Source of the DNA: Octopus vulgaris
Taxonomy: Eukaryota
Direction of reading: 5' to 3'
Length of the DNA stretch: 64,000 nt
Assembly: GCA_951406725.2 (NCBI GenBank)
Contig: OX597816.1
Location: 105,214,001 to 105,278,000 of the forward strand
Under the pieces are notes generated by a model. The model was not told the DNA's origin. It saw nothing but the letters and a program-made list of their open reading frames with translations, and did no database searches. Positions within the stretch are counted from its first letter, which is position 1. Every line of letters begins with the position of its first letter. The translations under genes and the position numbers were made by a program. This document shows, in pieces, positions 27,900-41,649 of the stretch.

Positions 27900-28057
27900 T
27901 CAATCTCTCTACTAGATTTGTGTTTTATTATATCCATCACGAAATGTTGATAGGCAAAGTTGACTTCGGCTGGATTTGAACTCAGAAAGTTAAGAACCGG
28001 AACAAATTCCCCCAAAGCATTTTTCCAGCTCTCTAATGGTTCTGCCAACTCTCCGCT
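27900..28057 (-). mobile_element. Diverged Deu/Nin-like SINE
   Basis: Minus strand reads GCGGAGAGTTGGCAGAACCATTAG..CTGAGTTCAAATCCAGCCGAAGTCAACTTTGCC. Confidence 0.75.
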
Positions 28058-28794
28058 TAATAATAATTATTATTATTATTACTGTTGTTGTTGTTGTTGT
28101 TGTTGTTGTTGTCATCGTCGTCATCGTCGTTCTTGTTCTTGTGTTTGCTGTTGCTGTTTTTGTGACTCCTTTGGTTTCTTTCATCGCTGTTCATTCGATT
28201 TTTACAATGGAATTTTACTTCTAACAAACAAAATAAACAAACAAAAACAGCAGATTGTATTGACATTCTTTTCTCTAAGTTCTACGAAGATGGCGCAAGT
28301 CAGTTCTGCTGACACATGAAGATATTAGCAATATGTCGGCAATGGTTTACAATGACTTTGAGAGATCATTAAATAGCATTTATCTGTCATGTATACTTCA
28401 CTTCGGACCTTGTGATCGCTTAAAGTTAGACAATATATTAATTGAATTAATTTTTCCAGCTGCCTATAATGTCTCTAAACCCCTTTTGCTGGACGGTTTT
28501 ATTCCTGACGTAGACAATTTATGAATAAATTTTAATTGAAATGTCAAAACTGTCCTCCTATTCAGATCATTCATTTATCCATTTCTTTTCCATCACTAGC
28601 AAGCGCTTTATTATTTTCCTTCTACATATATATATATTTATATGTATGGATAAATATATGCATTATTCTATATGATATATACTTATAATATATGTACGTA
28701 TATAAGTAATCTTATATATACGTACATACATTAAAATATATGTGTATAATTGTGAAATGTTGTGTACAGAATATGTGTATATGTAATAAATTAC

Positions 28795-28990
28795 GTTAGC
28801 ACGCCGGGCGAAATGCTTAGCGGTATTTCGCCTGCCGTTACGTGCTGAGTTCAAATTCCATCGAGGTCGACTTTGCCTTTCATCCTTTCGGGGTTGATAA
28901 AATAAGTGTCAGTCGAACACTGGGGTCGATGTAATCGACTCATCCCCCTCCCCCAAAGTTTCTGTCCTTGTGGCAAAATTTGAAATCATT
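28795..28990 (+). mobile_element. Deu/Nin-like tRNA SINE with (ATT)n tail
   Basis: GTTAGCACGCCGGGCGAAATGCTTAGCGG..GCCTTTCATCCTTTCGGGGTTGATAAAATAAG. Confidence 0.9.
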
Positions 28991-28993
28991 GTA

Positions 28994-29050
<57 letters not shown>

Positions 29051-29715
29051 GTATTTGTGTTTTGAAGCATGCAATTATCTGTTAAAACAGCTCCGAGAAA
29101 ATTGAAGTATTACCAAATAATATCTTCTTTTTCTTTTTTTTTAAATTGGAGATTTCGAAATTTTTAACGTTCATTCCAATACCTAGAGGGGATAAAAAGA
29201 ACTATCTTTTACATTTTTTTTCTTTTTGATATTTTCTTTATCGGAACATTTTCTTGTGTTTACAGTCCTTACCTTTAAACCTTCTAGGTTCGACAAAATA
29301 AAGTACCAATCAAGTATTTGGGTCGATATAATCGCCTATACCCGTCCCCTGCCCCAAATTTCTGGCGTTGTATATATGCTTGGAAAAAAGGGCGGCGGGT
29401 TATCAGTATGATTAGAGTGTCGGAAAAAAGTTTTGGGCTTCTTCAATAAGAGGAGTAGTGAGAGATGTTAATGAGAAAAGTAGAACTAGGAACGGCTCAC
29501 CGAAGGAAATGATGGAATTATTTCCGAATAAGCAAAAAATGAATTTTAAAAAAGCATCAAGTCAACAAAGATAAAGGGAATAAAATGAAAAGAAAACAAA
29601 TTGTGACAGTCGCACGTAAATGCAATCACAATGTAACACTGGAAAATGCTCAATAGTGCGATGTGAACTTTTATTTATTTAGTTATTTATTTATATATTT
29701 ATTTATTTGGGTATT

Positions 29716-29928
29716 TAAGACGACAAGCTGACAGAATCGTTAGCACGGAAGGCAAAATGCTTAGCGACATTTCGTCCGTCTTTAAGTTCTAAGTTCAAAT
29801 TCCGCCGAGGTTTACTTTGCCTTTCATTCTTTCGGGATCGATGAAATAAGTACCATTTGAGCGCTGCAGTCGATCGACTAGTTGTCCCCTCCAAAATTTC
29901 GGGTCTTGTGTTTATGGTAGAAAGAAAC
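29716..29928 (+). mobile_element. Deu/Nin-like tRNA SINE
   Basis: Same head and core as the 3174 cluster. Confidence 0.85.
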
Positions 29929-29959
29929 ATTTCAGGCTTTCAGTTCGCGTGAGTATGAG

Positions 29960-30790
29960 CCATACAAGAGCATACCTTTTAACAACAGCTATTACATCAA
30001 CAACGCCAACTTATACGACATTAATAGTTCTAACAATTCCTTTGCATACATTATAAGCCAATTGGGTTGGAGTTTAGACATGAGACAAGTCTACAAAGAG
30101 AGAGACGTGGCAAAAGCATGGCATAACAAATTGTTCTTTCTTGTTTGAGGAATGGAAGTGTGGAGACATTTAAGCTGCATAGAGATAATTTCGAAACATT
30201 TTTCTTTTATATGCAGAATCTCTTTTTGAACTGATTTCAAGCCTGCTTTGTGGATGTTGAGGTTGCATTGGCTTTGGGTGCTTCTTACGTGATATACATC
30301 TACGTTTTGCGCTGGATCATACATTGGCTAGTTCGACTATGTTATGGTTTGACAAAATCGTTGGCTTCATCTTCACATTGTTGATGAGTTCCTTGTTATC
30401 AGTGAAGGAAACATCCTAGCCATATATAGTATCATTTGCTCTATGAACCTAATTTTAATGAGACCAACAAACGATTCTGTTTGATCATGGCATGATTATG
30501 TTGCCTTCACGCCATTAACATTGGGGAAATTGAAGTAGCCCAACAGAAGTGCATTAATGCGTTGATCTGATTTCGTTGGTATTTCTTTTATCGTTCAAAG
30601 GCTTCAGTCAAATTTACTATCGTGGTTTGAGGCGTCAGGTGGACGATATGATGTGCATATTACCACACACCGAGCGGTTTCATATGTACCATTCGTGTGT
30701 CACAGACCGAGTTTGAATCTGACAAGAGGATTAAGGGTGTAACATCTTTACGGTTCTACATAGCCACTCCACCATGACTTCATTCTTTCC
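29960..30790 (-). mobile_element. Decayed CR1-type LINE apurinic-endonuclease region
   Basis: Minus-strand APE motifs in the expected order: GGVAM, YRPPD, LLGYFNFPNVN (GDFN) and NHNIVE (SDH). Confidence 0.65.
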
Positions 30791-30971
30791 TTCCTGTCAG
30801 TGTGAAACATACTTTTGTATGTGTATCTCTACATCTATATATACATGCGTTTCTGTGAGTGTTATGCATATTGCTTGCTTGATTTTTTTCAATCAGTTAT
30901 GAGACTAAACTTATATTATATAAGTACTTTTTCATTCTAATATTGAAAAGTGATTCAGCTGTGAGACTAAA

Positions 30972-31135
30972 TCTTATATATAAAAGGCAATTTATGTCTG
31001 TTACCATCATACTGCCTAAACCAGCGAACCAATATTCACCAAACTTTGCATACATGTCACACTAACATCCAGTTCAACAACAGACTAATTAGGTTTCAAT
31101 AAAAACCTATAATGTGCCCCCTAGTGGGGTTGAGA
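30972..31135 (+). mobile_element. Helitron-like non-autonomous 5' fragment
   Basis: A|TCTTATATATAAAAGG..TGTCTG..GAACCAATATTCACCAAACTTTG resembles Helitron-N 5' ends. Confidence 0.45.
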
Positions 31136-31486
31136 AAATTTTATGATAAAATGAGAAAGATGCAAAAAGTATTAGCCTCAGGGAAATGTAGTAGCAGAGT
31201 GAGGGTGACTGAAATCAGTGAAGGGAAGAACAGAGTTATGTAAGCGACAAATATGTAGTGACATCGGGATGGTAATGTTAATACAGCTGTCATATATACG
31301 CGACGCTGCATACATACTTTCGTAAATACATACACATAAGTAACTTTTAAAACGCCGAGGAAGACACACAGACACACACACAAATACATACGCACGTACA
31401 TACATACGTACGTACATACAAACATGCATACATACAGACAGACAGATAGACAAACATATATATACATATGTACTATACATTTGTAA

Positions 31487-31551
<65 letters not shown>

Positions 31552-32132
31552 ACGTCCTATAACTGTCTGCCTTTCTACTTTTGTAGGGTCTTCCCTGGTA
31601 CTGTCACATATTGTGATATTTTAAAATTACGTCAAAATTTTCAAATTTGGTGTATTGGAATAATTCACGTTAAATCCGATTTTGTTTTTTTTTTTGTTTT
31701 GTTTTTTTTTTTGTTCCAGAAAAATTGCAGAAAAATGTTACTGAGGTTTAATGTTTAATCAATTTTACTTAACCAGAAAACAAGATTTGGAGGCTGGCAT
31801 TTTCTGCATGATAGTTGTCAATCACAAAATGAAAGCAAAATCATTAGGAGGAGGAATTTTTACTAAACAAACGAAAGCAAAGCATTACGACGACCAAAGG
31901 TGTAAGAACTTCTGAAGTTTTAATAAGTTTTAATGAATAAAGTCATCTGAAACGGTCGAATGTTCAAAAGAGAATCTTGTCACATACAATGTCACGCTGA
32001 TTCTCCTGAAAAATACGTGAAGTGTACATACGTTTGTGAAATGCTCAGCCATTACAGCTCAGACATGTAATTCAATTTAACGAATAAATGATGTTTCCCC
32101 GCCACCGCTATGTTTGCATACATATATATGCA

Positions 32133-32358
32133 CCGTATTTTCCGGTGTGTAAAACGCGCTCTCGCATTAAAATAATTCCTACGTTTTTGTGGGGGGTAAA
32201 AGTATATTTTGTGGTAAAAAAAAAAAAAAAAAAAGTTAATATGTTTCATCAAGCACTCATACACTTGGAATAGCATCCAAGTCGCATTAGACACATGGCA
32301 ATTTTTGTTACATTTAAGAATAATAAGAAAAAACACGTCTTATACACTGGATATACAG
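32133..32358. mobile_element. Tc1/pogo-type MITE
   Basis: Imperfect TIRs CCGTATTTTCCGGTGTGTAAAACG / CGTCTTATACACTGGATATACAG, followed by TA. Confidence 0.7.
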
Positions 32359-32378
32359 TATATATCGAGTCCAGCATA

Positions 32379-32890
32379 CCGTAAATCCTCGAGTATAGTC
32401 CGCCCTTGAGTATAATACGCAGGGGATTTTTAGGGGGCTGTACCTCTGAAAAACCTAAACCTTGTATAATACGCACCCCTTCTCTAACTTGAGTCAAGGA
32501 GGTCTATATAACGTCCTTGGTTTGTAAAACTGTATACGGTAACGTCCTTTAGTTATTATTGTATATATAACATAGCGCAAACGTGTAGCTTTTTTATGCA
32601 TTTTGTTTGCAGAAAATAAAGTAATAACAGTAATAACGTTTAATAAATGTTGCTTACTGAAAGTTATGAATGATTCTTTTATGACTTCATTGCTTTCAGG
32701 CTTAGCTTAAGGTATTTTCGCGCCCGACATCACAAAATGCGTCTCAATAAACATTGCCGGACAGCAAATAGAGACTCGGACATTGCTTAGAAAATAATTT
32801 TCATTTTTGACCTCGTATATAATACGCACTAGGGATTTTGACCTTTAAATTTTGGGAAAAGAAGTGCGGATTATACTCGAGGATTTACAG
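32379..32890. mobile_element. Tc1/pogo-type MITE (~510 bp)
   Basis: TA|CCGTAAATCCTCGAGTATAGTCCGC ... GCGGATTATACTCGAGGATTTACAG; internal repeated GTATAATACGCA. Confidence 0.88.
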
Positions 32891-33164
32891 TTTACATTTA
32901 CCCATTATTTAAACGTTACAATTTATCCACTATTCAGACATAAAAGTAAAACATTCTTGTTAGCAAAAATAGTTGCAAAGTTGCATAATGCTTCCTGACA
33001 TTCTTTTCTTGTATTGTTTATCATTCGTTAAATATGGTGGCTCTAATTGTAGAATTGAAAATGGCTGGTGTAAAAAATTGTGAGGTGATAAAACAGCTGA
33101 GAAAAATTAAGGGCTATGGTGAAAGCAAAGAGTAGCTATTTTGAATTGTAAATACATGTAAAAT

Positions 33165-33342
33165 GTTGGTTTCAAATTTTGGCACAGAGCTTAGCAATAC
33201 CGAGGGATGGACTAACTCAATTACATCGATGCTTAGTGCTTGACTATAACTTATTTTATGGACCACGAAAGGATGAAAGGCAAAGTTAACCTCGGCGGAA
33301 TTTGAACTCAGAATGTAGCGGCAGACGAAATACCGATAGGCA
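33165..33342 (-). mobile_element. Deu/Nin-like SINE, 5' truncated
   Basis: Plus strand CGAAAGGATGAAAGGCAAAGTTAACCTCGGCGGAATTTGAACTCAGAA. Confidence 0.85.
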
Positions 33343-33924
33343 TTAACATATATAAACTGCACTCGGTATGATTTAACCATAGTTTAGTGCAAGTCTACCT
33401 TACTCGAAATTCTTTTTTCATAACTTTGTCAATCATGCATTTTTTATGTTAATGAAATTTTACAGAGATTCGTGTTTTGGACGATGTAAATTACGATAAT
33501 GTTAATGAAATTTATTTTCATATCATTTTTAAAAAGTTTTGCCTTTGTTTTTTTTTTCAGAAGAAAAGAAGTTGGTACCATTTCAAACATATAATAATTT
33601 TCACATGATCACAGCACAACATAGAAAAAAATGCGACATTACCTAGCATGATTTTATAAAAAACTTTTCGTGTTTACTTTTAGCCAACTCCAATACAGGC
33701 TGAACGTGTTCTGGATATATACATACATTGTCTGTGTCTGTGTGTGTGTGTGTGTGCGCGCGCGCGCACACATATATGTATGATTATCTGTGTGTAAGTA
33801 TATATACACACACACGCGCACACACACATATATGCATATATGTGTATGTATATATGCATATATGTGCGCTTGTATATGTGTGTGTATATATATATATATA
33901 CTCACGCACACATAATCAGTGTGC

Positions 33925-33957
<33 letters not shown>

Positions 33958-34546
33958 ATATGCACACATATATGATTATCAAGTGTGAGTATATATATAT
34001 ATATATGTATTTATACATATATGTATATACACGCACACATATATATGTATATACACACACACATATATATGCATATACACACAGACATATATATGCATAT
34101 ATACATACACATATACACATCTATGTCTGTCAGCATGACTATTTATCATTCTCTGTATCCTTTTTGATGGATGGATGGATGGATGGATGGATGGATGGAT
34201 AGATGGATAATTCATATAATTATGTATGTATGTATGTATGTATGTATGTATGTATGTATGTATGTATGTATGTATGTGTTCGGGTGTGCATGTAGGCATA
34301 TATCTTTCGCCGATGTGCATCGATAGAGGATGTAGATCCAAGAAAGTGAAACGGAAACCTTGTACTTTTTGAAAGTAGCTCTCTTTAGATATCCTTTCGG
34401 TGCCGAGGTACCCAGCCACACACGTACTTAACATTATCATCAACGGAAATGTCGAATACCAATGATTGACCCACTGGATTATTCTAACCAACAATTCAAT
34501 TGTTTACACACTACAGTTAAAATACACTACAGTTTAAAATAAACAA

Positions 34547-34604
<58 letters not shown>

Positions 34605-34890
34605 CAACAATTGAGGGTAAAATTAATTAATTATTAATCAATTTTACCAAGTGATGATAGAAGTGTTGTTTTGACTAATCTTGAAACGTACGTTCTCAAA
34701 TAACCTTAGCATTTGATTTTTTGATGTCCTTACCCCCAAACTTTTGTGAGTTGAATTAAGCAAACACTATATATGAGAGAGATTTTCTTTAAGTATTAGA
34801 AATAGCTTTAAAAAAGTTTTTTAGCTGCTGTTTCTAATGAGTTCAGTATGCGGCAAAGTAATTTATTTTACTAAGCCCTTTTATATAATG

Positions 34891-34941
<51 letters not shown>

Positions 34942-35107
34942 TATCTGTGTAATAGAATTCAAACCATTCTGGCAGTCAAGTATAGGTTGGTTTCAATTTG
35001 CACAATGCTTTCGCTTATAATTTCAAGTGCCCCTGTAAAATGACAATTACAAACCCCATTATTTCTGACTCGAACTCATTGAATTACTCAGAATGTAAGA
35101 GTGTTAG

Positions 35108-35495
35108 CCGGTGAGCTAGCAGATATGTTAGTACGCCGGGCGAAATGCTTAGCGGTATTTCGTCTGCCGTTACGTTCTGAGTTCAAATTCCGCCGAGGTC
35201 GACTTTACCTTTCATCCTTTCGGGGTCGATAAATTAAGTACCAGTTACGCACTGGGAGTCGATGTAATCGACTTAACACCTTGTTTGTCCCCTCTATGTT
35301 TAGCCCCTTGTGGGTAATAACGAAATAGGTATTTCGTCTGTCTTTATGTTCTGAGTTCAAATTCCGCCGAGGTCGACTTTGTCTTTTATCCTTTCGGGGT
35401 TGATAAGTTAAGTAGCAGTTACGTACTGAGGTCGATCTAATCGACTGGCTCCCCTCCCTAGAAATTTCGGGCCTTGTGCTTTGAGTAGAAAAGAA
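35108..35495 (+). mobile_element. Dimeric Deu/Nin-like SINE
   Basis: Two core units joined by TTGTTTGTCCCCTCTATGTTTAGCCCCTTGTGGGTAATAA..GAAATAGGTATTTCG; same structure as 49445-49841. Confidence 0.9.
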
Positions 35496-35672
35496 TGTAA
35501 GAGTGCTTGTGCGGAATGAGCTGCGCCAGTTCTTGACAAGGGCTTTATTTGTCAAAGCTAAGTATATAAAAGGATCAAAAGCAAAGTTGACATCAGTAGA
35601 GTGTAAACTTACTGTGGTGACAGTCGGAGCAAACGCTATCGCGCATTCTAGCAACGCCTTGGCTACTGTGTA

Positions 35673-35734
<62 letters not shown>

Positions 35735-36943
35735 TGTGTGTGTGTGTGTTTGCATTCATAACATACTGGTTATGAATGCAAACACACACATGCATATGTA
35801 AATGCATACATACATATTCATACATTCATATATACATACGTACACATACATACAAACGCATACATACATATATACATACATACATACATACATACATACA
35901 TACATACATAAACACATACATACATACATACATACATACACACATAGAAACTGACGCAGTTTTTCCAAAGGCTATCTATTAAGTGGTACAGTGAAGTTTT
36001 GTCAGACATTCTAAAGAGTCTCCATCTCAGATTCTTTAGATGAATAGATGCACCGACAGCTCAAACACAAACACTCAACTACATATCTACAAACAGCGGG
36101 AACTCCCTTAACTCAAAAAGTATTGACGCTTTGTTAGCGACCGGCTTGAATTCTCCTAACAACTTAAATAAAATTCAAAGACAAACTTTGGCGTGTGATT
36201 TGCAATTTAAAAGGAGACTACTTTAGGTTACTTTTTAGCTTACTTTTCACTTTCTAAAACCTCTTAAGATGTTGGTTAAAGAATTTTACAATGTGATCAG
36301 CGACGAGACGAAGGCAGTTGCATTTTTGCAAAAACATGGCCGTTTAGATGATGAAGAAAAATGTTGCATCATGCCATCGGTGTCGTGGAGAAACGAAGGA
36401 AGCTCGAAGAGAAGGGGAAAACGGTGAAATTTTGGCAACTTTACGTTGCAAAACTCGCGGCTGCCGAACTTGTGCGATTTACGAGCTTTTTTTTTATTAT
36501 TACATTGTTTATTCTTGGTTTTTTAATGTTATTTACTCAGACATAAATGAAACATGGTTTTATTATTATTATTAAAATAGTAAGAATTTTCGAAAACAAA
36601 TACATTTACAATGCTAAGTATGTACAAAAGAATTTATAAACAAATGTAGAAATTGTAAAGTAAACCAAAAAGTAATCTAAAGTAATCTCCCCTTAAGTTG
36701 TAGATCATACACCAAAGTAGCACCGAAAAACATACATACATACATACATACATACATACATACATACATACATACATACATACATACATACATACATACA
36801 TACATACATACAATGCATAACGAACGATACACGCATAGTGTCCGAGAAAACTGAGGCCCAGAAAGAGAGAATTGTGTTCAAAGCCGCGTGAGCGGATTTG
36901 GTAGACGAAAACAGAAAGAAGCCTGTCGAGTGTATATATATAT

Positions 36944-37340
36944 AGGTGCAGTAGCGGCTGTATGGTAAGTAGCTTGCTTACCAACCAAATGGTCCCGGGT
37001 TCTGTCCCACTGCATGGCACCTTGGTCAAGTGTATTTTGCTATAGCCTCGGGCCGACGAAAACCTTGTGACTGGATTTGGTAGACGGAAACTGAAAGAAA
37101 ACCGTCGCGTATGTGTGTGTGCGAATGTTTGTGTGTCTGTGTCACACACACACCCTTATGGCTTGACACCTGATGTTGGTGTGTTTACGTCCCCGTAACT
37201 TAACGGCTCCGCAAAAGAGACCGATAGAATAAGTACTAGGCTTACAAAGAATAAGTCCTGGGGTCTATCTGTTCGACTAAAGGCGGTGCTCCAGCATGGC
37301 CACAGTCAAATGACTGAAACAAATAAAAGAATAAAAGAAT
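36944..37340 (+). mobile_element. tRNA-derived CORE-type SINE, full length
   Basis: GGTGCAGTAGCGGCTGTATGGTAAG head, CCTTGGTCAAGTGT core and AAAAGAATAAAAGAAT tail. Confidence 0.9.
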
Positions 37341-37539
37341 CTATTATTCTATACAAAGTCGGATGCTGCTTTCGACTCTTTTTGTATCAAAAGAAGTTTT
37401 TCAACCCAATATTTACATGCTACACTTTATAGCTTTAAGTGTATGCTTTGAGATAGACTTATCCATAAAAGAATTATTTTACTTTCTCTCTAAAGTTTAT
37501 AAAATTCATATGACGTCAACAATATAAGTGTATTTCCCT

Positions 37540-37691
37540 TCTCGGGATCTTTCCTTCTCCTATGTTTCCGACGAAGAGCTCCGCTCGAAACGTTAAACCC
37601 TCCTTCTTCCCTTCTTTCCTGAGCGTCCAATAATACTATATTTGTTCCACGTCCTCGCGTTGTTGTGCTTTTTGTGTTTTCTTGTTTGGAT

Positions 37692-37696
<5 letters not shown>
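37540..37696 (+). mobile_element. Penelope-like pLTR fragment with minimal hammerhead motif (37564-37598), ending in (TA)n
   Basis: GTTT-CCGACGA-A-GAGC(TCC)GCTC-GAAA-CG-TT-AAAC: stems I and II pair, stem III is the palindrome AACGTT, and the core has a U4C change. Confidence 0.7.
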
Positions 37697-37751
<55 letters not shown>

Positions 37752-37951
37752 TGTATGTATGTATGAATGTATAACAATAATTAAGGGTTAAGCAACAAGT
37801 TGCTTCACCACATACGGAAAATTTAGAAATAGCAGCCAAAAGATCGCTATTTTTTTTCTACAAAATATATATCTCCACAGATAACAATATTTGTAACTCA
37901 CATAGGCAAAAAGAAGAAAAATAATGAAATCAGTCTTTGATATATCTGTAA

Positions 37952-38009
<58 letters not shown>

Positions 38010-38010
<1 letters not shown>

Positions 38011-38850
38011 CAGAGTTTCTCCTTGTTCATTGCATTTTTCATCGTAAGCACCTGGCAGCCAGATACTTCAAGTATGAAGATGTTATGAAATCTGTCCTTG
38101 AAATTGTCTATTTCATACGCTTAAATGGGAAGACTCGCCGACAGTTTAGAAATTTTATTGAAGAACTGGAGCTTGAAAATAAACCCAGTGATATCACTTT
38201 CTACTTCATTGCGAGGTGGTTGTCAACCAGCAATGTTTTGAGTAGGTTTGTCTGTTAGACCCTATTATTACTTTTCTTAAAGAAAAGAAAAGATCCTGTC
38301 CTCAAATGGAAATAATGAATGGATGCAAGATCTGATATTCCTTACTGATATAATGAATCATCTACAAACTCTCAACTTCGCACTCCAGGGAAAGAATAAG
38401 ATTTTTCTGGCCTTACTCAGACAATTTTCATCTTTCAGAATAAAATAGGAGTCTTTCAAAGAGATATATTGTCAAGAAACTCCAATCACTTTCCCAATCT
38501 CAGTAGGAGAATAAATACATTCGCTGGTATTGAAATAAAAGACCACAAACTGGAAGAATACGGAGATAAATTACAAGAACTGTTCAATAATTTTCTAGAC
38601 AAGTTTGATGACTTGCGAAAGCTGAAGCTCTGCTTCGCCTTTCTTGTCATTCCATTTATGGTTGATGTGGTCAATAATGGATGTCCAATTCTCGAACCTC
38701 TGGTTACGGAATCATCTGCTGTGGAAATGGAACTAATGGAATTGCAGGAGGACCTGGGTCTAAAGATGATCCATAAATTATGGGTAACTCGTCTGGCTCA
38801 ATCGGATACACAAGGAACCGTGTTAGCGTTGATATGCGGGCTCGATTCTA
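38010..38850 (+). mobile_element. hAT (SPIN/Buster, GTF2IRD2-like) transposase remnant
   Basis: LVHCIFHRKHLAA (HCxxH), RQFRNFIEEL, ARWLSTSNVLSRF, FLTDIMNHLQTLNFALQGK and EMELMELQED, with frameshifts. Confidence 0.9.
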
Positions 38851-39119
38851 ATCGGAATTAGCTCATCATTTTTCAGTTAATTTTTAGATAAATGTTGCTT
38901 TAATCGAAGTATATATATCATTCTTATGATATATTATTATATAATTATTGCATTATATATATATATATAAGTTTCAACAATATGTGGTAACCGTCTAATT
39001 GAGACATACTTGCTCTTTATCTTTATATTACCCTCATCTATCCTCTGTGTGCGCGCATGTGTGTGTGTGTGTGTGTGTGTGTCTGCCTGTCTGTCTGTTT
39101 AAGATATATAAAGTAAAGA

Positions 39120-39390
39120 GCACTACACAAGTCCGAGCAAGGTTGTTTGTCAAAGACCAGCGCTCACCCATGCATACCAGCCTTCCGCCACCGATGTTGT
39201 CCAAGGGAAAGACAAAGACAAAGGCCGAAACAGCTTGGCAACAGTGACATCGCAAACTCATTTCTACAGCTGAGTGCACAGGAGCAACGTGAAATAAAGT
39301 TTCTTGTTCAAGAACACAACATACTGCCCAGTACGGGAATCGAACTCACACCCTTACGGTCTAAGGCCGACACTCTAATCACTGAACCAT
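39120..39390 (-). mobile_element. tRNA-derived CORE-type SINE (second family)
   Basis: Plus strand CTCATTTCTACAGCTGAGTG..GGAGCAACGTGAAATAAAGT.TCTTG.TCAAGAACACAAC..GGAATCGAACTC; same family as 41338 and 44258. Confidence 0.85.
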
Positions 39391-39884
39391 ATGTGTATGT
39401 ATATCCATGTTTTCCTATGCCAGAGACGACAGATTTGTCTCAACATGCGGTTTCCAGTGATTACATATTATTAACAAAGCCAGAAATGTGCAAAAATACG
39501 CATTTAGCATTCTCACCCCGATTTTGGTCTGCTACTTATATATTTGTATAATTTAACACACTCTGTCTATAAGAGATGTTACCTCCGGACAAATACTGCC
39601 GTTAATGTGGTTCTTCGTGATGTATTTGTATTAAAATTACGATACACAAATGAATATTTTAATCTAAAACTGCTTCTACTGCACCTAACGGATTTTTATT
39701 GAGCCGGCCGGCTAATTACCACATCAGTGATTTCTCAGTCACTTTTTCCCTATATCAGTAATGACGGATTTTATGTTGAAATGCGGTTGCCATTGGGTAC
39801 ATGTTGCTGACAATGCCCTGTGACGAGCGAAGTCATTCGAGAAACTGAGTAGTCACAAATAATAATTTTCATTTTTATTTTTAA

Positions 39885-40188
39885 CTAGCAGTATCGCCCG
39901 GCGTTGCTCGGGTTTGTAAGGGAAATAACTATATAAGCATTTTTAGAAAGTTATTTCCCTTATATGAACCGAGCGAAAATGCATTAAAAATAAGGAAAAA
40001 TTATGGTAATTTTTTTTTAAAATCGTACACTCATCGTAGACGCGCGCTAATACCCAGAAGGGCTCGATATGAATCACGACTATAAGATACTCGCTTTTGG
40101 TTAAACTGCACCGCAAAATGTGGGAGTAGTTAGGAATCTAAATCGGTGTAGACAGACACACACACAACTATATTTTTATATATAAAGA
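39885..40188 (-). mobile_element. Non-autonomous Helitron, complete
   Basis: Minus strand A|TCTTTATATATAAAA ... CCCGAGCAACGCCGGG hairpin then CGATACTGCTAG|T; inserted between A and T with no TSD. Confidence 0.92.
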
Positions 40189-41337
40189 TATTTAGAAAAT
40201 CAATGGGCTGAAATTTTGTGCAAAGAAATCATAGTAGAATAGAGGAACGTGAAAAGAAACGACATTAATCTGCGTAAGAGGTTATTAGCCAAAGTAGACC
40301 TAACCTTGCCATGGCGCAACCTTGAAAGAAAATGAGCATTGCTTCCCTCGGTAAAGCCTTCCGGCTAATTTATATAGAGATTACGATTTGCCAATTTGGA
40401 GCATAACTAGCTTTCTCAGATTTTACTGTTTTACTAAGCAGGTAATTACTTTGTTTTATAAATTATTAATTTATATTTCTAATGGGACTCGCTATCTATT
40501 TTAGCTAATCAATTAACCCTTTCAGACCTCAATTATTTATTTATACAGAAAAAAAATGATGTCACGATTTAAAATAAGCTCATGCGATGAATTGATAATA
40601 ACAGCATAATCACGTGCAAAAATAATTGACTTACAGTTAGAATTTTGAAAAATTACCATTTCGATAGAAACCTGAATATGTTTTCACGTGACATGCAAAA
40701 AACATGAGTGTGAAATATGGTTCATCAAACATTTTAATTGTAACTGATTCTATTCTACACGTCTACAACATTCACTAAGTATATTGTCCCGATGACAAAT
40801 CAGAGAAATGGTGTTAATATCCAGCTGTCTGTTTGATACTCAGTTTAATATCAGATATTTATCAGTTCCTATACGATATTACAGATTTGAACTGTAAAAC
40901 GTCGAATGTTCGCTAAGAAAATGTTCTGTTATATTTCGAAATTGTGTGTAATAAACTTATTGAAGAATTTCAGGTAACCTTGACGATAGCAAGCAACAAA
41001 AGATTCTAATTCTTTTTTCAATTAAAATTGAGAATGGTTTCTATTCATCATCTACTTTGACAAACCATTCTAAGAAGTACAATTATATAACCAGAGATTT
41101 CTTTGGGCATTATTTATTGTAGTACTTTCGGATTTATTGTCTCAATCAACGTCAATAAAAACACAACGAACTGGTTTGCTTCTATTATTCAACTAATCAA
41201 CTGCTGAATTTTAATTTTCCCAAGCGGCATTTTATTTCTTGATTGTTTGTTTGTTTGTTTTTGCGGCGGGGTCTTTTTTGTAGCAGGATTTGTTAGTTTT
41301 ATTTTTCCAATCAATTTAGTTGATATCTTTTGATTTA

Positions 41338-41580
41338 ATTCATTACATTCCTTCCCGAGTCATATGGACTCATAAAGCCGGTTTCCCGGTTTCTGTAGCG
41401 TATATATTTCCCCCATAGACAGGACACCGGTCCGTCGCAGGATTTCTCATTTTTGACAGCTGAGTGGACAGGAGCAACCTGAAATGAAGTGTTGGGCTTG
41501 AGAACACAACGGATTTCCCAGTCCAGGAATCGAAATCACAATCTTACGATCATAAACCCTGCACTCCTAACCACTATGCC
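41338..41580 (-). mobile_element. tRNA-derived CORE-type SINE
   Basis: CAGCTGAGTGGAC.GGAGCAAC..GAAATGAAGTG..GAACACAAC..GGAATCGAA..CTAACCACT. Confidence 0.8.
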
Positions 41581-41649
41581 TTTGTTTGTCTTTGTTGACG
41601 TTGATTGCAACAATAAAATACTACAATAAATAAAACTTTCTAGGGAGCT

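Noticed and set aside
38469-38861. Host GTF2IRD2/EPM2AIP1-like gene
   Set aside because: Frameshifted, truncated and unspliced; better explained as a dead hAT transposon.
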